Made by a program: the position numbers and the translations under genes. From positions 4,803,258 through 4,867,257 of the forward strand of contig JAHRHZ010000002.1 of NCBI GenBank assembly GCA_024137785.1: 64,000 nt of DNA, in the 5' to 3' direction. The notes beneath the pieces are model-generated. The model had not been told where the DNA came from, searched no databases, and saw nothing but the letters and a program-made list of their open reading frames with translations. Position 1 is the stretch's first letter, and each line of letters starts with the position of its first letter. Shown here one piece after another: positions 61,120 to 64,000 of the stretch. This DNA is from Ginglymostoma cirratum (taxonomy: Eukaryota).

Positions 61120-63900
61120 ACCTCTCTCTTGACTTCTCTTGTACACCAAGATTTTAGGAGGGTTGTATCATCGGTCAGCTCCACATACAACACAATCCTG
61201 AGTAGGCGACTGTTGTCTAACTTGGCAACATGACCCACCCAAGTCAGTTGGCCTTGCAGGACAATGGTGATGTTGGTTGCTTCCAGGAATTCAATGGTTG
61301 TTGTGTAGCCCTCACTGTGGATCCTGAGAGGGTGCTGCGGAGGTGATGCTAATGGAAGCATTGATGATGTATATGACAGCAGTGCTGAACGCCTAACTCG
61401 GCATCATAAAGGTGGGTGGTGAGGATTACGTCTTTGCACATAGAGTTTGGTCCTCACGTTGAATTTACAGTTCTCCACACTTGTTAGTAGAGTATACTGA
61501 ATGCACTATTTGTTTTGGAAAGCCTGTTGTCCACTTCCTTGTCTACCGTGGCATCAAAGCTCTCCAAATTGGTAAATTGCTCAAAAGCACTCAGCTAGGT
61601 TCGCTCGATGATAACATCTAGTAGATACGTGTCTTGAGGTCCAGTGCTTCAGTTTTGTTTAAACTAATTTTTTGTTTGAAGAGTTGCACCATTTCGGAGT
61701 AACATGTTGTTACACATTGCATGTGAGAATAATTAAGGATGCAGTCATCAGCAAAAGGTAGCTCACGGATGAGGCCCACAAAGGGTCTAGGCCTGAAATC
61801 TCAGCTTTCCTGCTCCTATGATGCTGCTTGGCCTGCTGTGTTCATCCAGCTCTACACCTTGTTAGCTCATGGATGAGGTTTTCCCATGTTTTTGTGCATA
61901 CCCGAAGATGCCCAAGATGGAAGAGACCCCCTCATTCATCCAGAAGCACATGAAAACTCCTCCTGGAGGTGTGTTGTTGCTTGTGGCAGTATCACACTGA
62001 AAAAGATTGTGCATAAGGTCAGGACCAGCTCACATTCCTGCTCAACACCATATGGAGATTTGTAAGAGGTTACTGCTGTGCTGGACTTGCCTGTACGGAC
62101 TTTCATGGACTGCTTCACCGTAACCAAGTGGGCATCAGGGTTTGTCAAGAATTTTCCAGAGTCCATCTCTACTCACAATATCAAACGATTTTGCAAGGTC
62201 TATGAAACTGACTTAGAGACAGTATCATGTCTGTGATGCTTCCCTTTGTCCTGAAACTGTACAGCATCTCTGGAAGACTTCCTTCAGCAACGGAAGGCAT
62301 AAGTGAATTCACAGGTTCGTTACCCAGGACCTTCCCAGAAATAGGAAGGAGAATGACCCCACGCTAGTCGGAATAATGACATTTTTCTGTTTGTGTTTGT
62401 ACAAGGTGATGACAACAATATCACAAAGTCCTGTTCCGTCCTGGAACACCTTTACAAATTCATTGAGTATCGTGTAGGGTCACCACACTTCAAACTCTCA
62501 GGTGGAGTTCAGACAATCATAGAACACCTACAGTGTGGAAGCAAGTCATTTGGCCTGTTGAGTTCACAGCGGCCCTCTGAACTGCATTCCACCCAGACCC
62601 ACCCTTCTACCCCTGCATTTTCCTACAGCCAATCCAGCTAACTGGCACATCTTTGGACTCTGGTAGGAAATCCACACAGATGTGGGGAGAAAACATGCAA
62701 ACCCCACACAGACAGTCATCAGAGGGTGGAATCGATCCTGGGCCCCTGGCATTGAAGTACCAGTGCTAACCACTGAGCCACCATACTGCCTCACAGACTC
62801 AGAGCGCTTTGCTTCTCATCATCTGGTTGATGGTGTCAGTTTCTCCTAGATCTGTGCTCTCAGCTAGTTCTTCTCGGAGTCTGCTGTTGGAGGAGGCTGA
62901 TGTGCACTTGGCACTGAGGAATATTTCATAGCGCTCAAACTGGTGATTCAGGAGTAACTCCTCCTCAGTGTGTTCATGTCTTAATGTCTGCATTCTGCCT
63001 GGTGCTTTTGGGTTTGATTTATTGCTCCACAGATAGATTTTAGTGCTTCATTGAAGTTTACATCACCAATATCAGTGCTTTTTCCTACAAAGCATGATCC
63101 ACCTGTCATTCCCAATTCTCAGGTTTGCAATGAAGGACACTGTACACTTGATGGTAAACTATCTTTTTCTGAGCAGGGAGCCCAATGGGCTCACCTTTTT
63201 ATTGGTAGCAGATCTTGGATTTCCTGGTCACTTTCATTAAACTAGTCCCCGTTTTTTTTTGTACTTTTGTCTGACTTCTTCTATAGTAGCCAGTGCTGCA
63301 GGTTTGATAGTTATCTCTGCACATTGAGATTTGCAAGATTCTGATTTAAAGTTCCTTTGAAGGATTGCCTTTAATGTTCGTGAGCTTAAACGTGAAATGG
63401 AATTTCAGCTGGTTTACATGTCAGTTAGCAATGGGAATGCACAACATCCTTGAGGTCAAACTGGGGCAGCAAAGAGTAGTCTATCAGGTCCAACAGTTTA
63501 GAATGAAAGTGCCTCCATGTATACTTGAAATAATGCTTTTTTTCTGGAAATACGGTCTTAGTTATGGACAGCTGCTTTTCTGCAGACTTCCAAGATTAGA
63601 AACTGTTTTCATTGCAGTTTCCAACTCCCGGCTTCCAAGACTTCCTTCTATGCCAGGCTGTGATAGGAACTGTGATGTTGAAGTTGCCAAGGACAATTCT
63701 GGATGAGTTTAGACAGAACTGTGTACAATATGTCTTACTCAGCTGCGTGAGCCTTCAGGGTTGGACTGTAAACACTGAGGAGAGTTGCACAATGCTAGTC
63801 TTAGAGCAGGAAGCCAAGGGACGTGATGAATTTGGAGTTGCTGATTGACAGACTTGGAAGCTTTATGGCAACAGTTTCCTTCATTGTGCAACTGACCCCT
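61120..63900 (-). mobile_element. Long degenerate RTE-type LINE with internal SINE and pLTR insertions
   Basis: QLTWVGHVAKLDNSRLLRIVLYVEL, FADDCIL, GVEQECELVLTLCTIFFS, IDLAKSFDI remnants. Confidence 0.7.
62518..62791 (-). mobile_element. tRNA-derived SINE with CR1-like tail (similar copies about 22268-22540 and 37325-37395)
   Basis: Minus strand GGCAGTATGGTGGCTCAGTGGTTAGCACT...GATCGATTCC A/B boxes. Confidence 0.75.
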
Positions 63901-64000
63901 TTGTTTTCACTTACACTGAAGTTTAGTAATATCACTGCACGGAAAGCACTAACAAAGCACCATCTTTCAGGGGCCAAAGCACACGTAAAACTTGAAGCTG

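Noticed and set aside
1128-61870. Recurrent ~100-bp partly palindromic sequence as a CRISPR-like array
   Set aside because: Dispersed, in both orientations, irregularly spaced and matching the Penelope terminal repeat in a vertebrate genome.

Overview
Repeat-rich vertebrate genomic DNA, most likely a shark, judged from the class I exon sequences and the Penelope/CR1/DeuSINE-type repeats. Two paralogous non-classical MHC class I heavy-chain genes lie in tandem on the minus strand. Gene A is complete: leader 53516-53567, alpha1 51369-51629, alpha2 44442-44717, alpha3 44059-44337, TM 31922-32038, and candidate cytoplasmic exons at 27927-27950, 27763-27822 and 27556-27653. Gene B shows only its leader (5095-5146) and alpha1 (4435-4695); the rest should lie left of the window. 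Gene A lacks both alpha2 cysteines and most N-terminal peptide-anchoring residues. The most striking observation is that its last candidate cytoplasmic exon runs, on the same strand and with no recognisable repeat in between, into a decayed very-large-inducible-GTPase (GVIN1/URGCP-family) coding sequence (about 26300-27500). This suggests a relic class I-VLIG fusion receptor or a captured VLIG exon. The rest is transposon debris: Penelope-like elements with hammerhead cores and palindromic insertions, CR1, L2, RTE, Rex1, Tx1, Harbinger remnants, solo LTRs, SINEs and simple repeats. All family assignments are by-eye motif recognition from memory; no database search was run.
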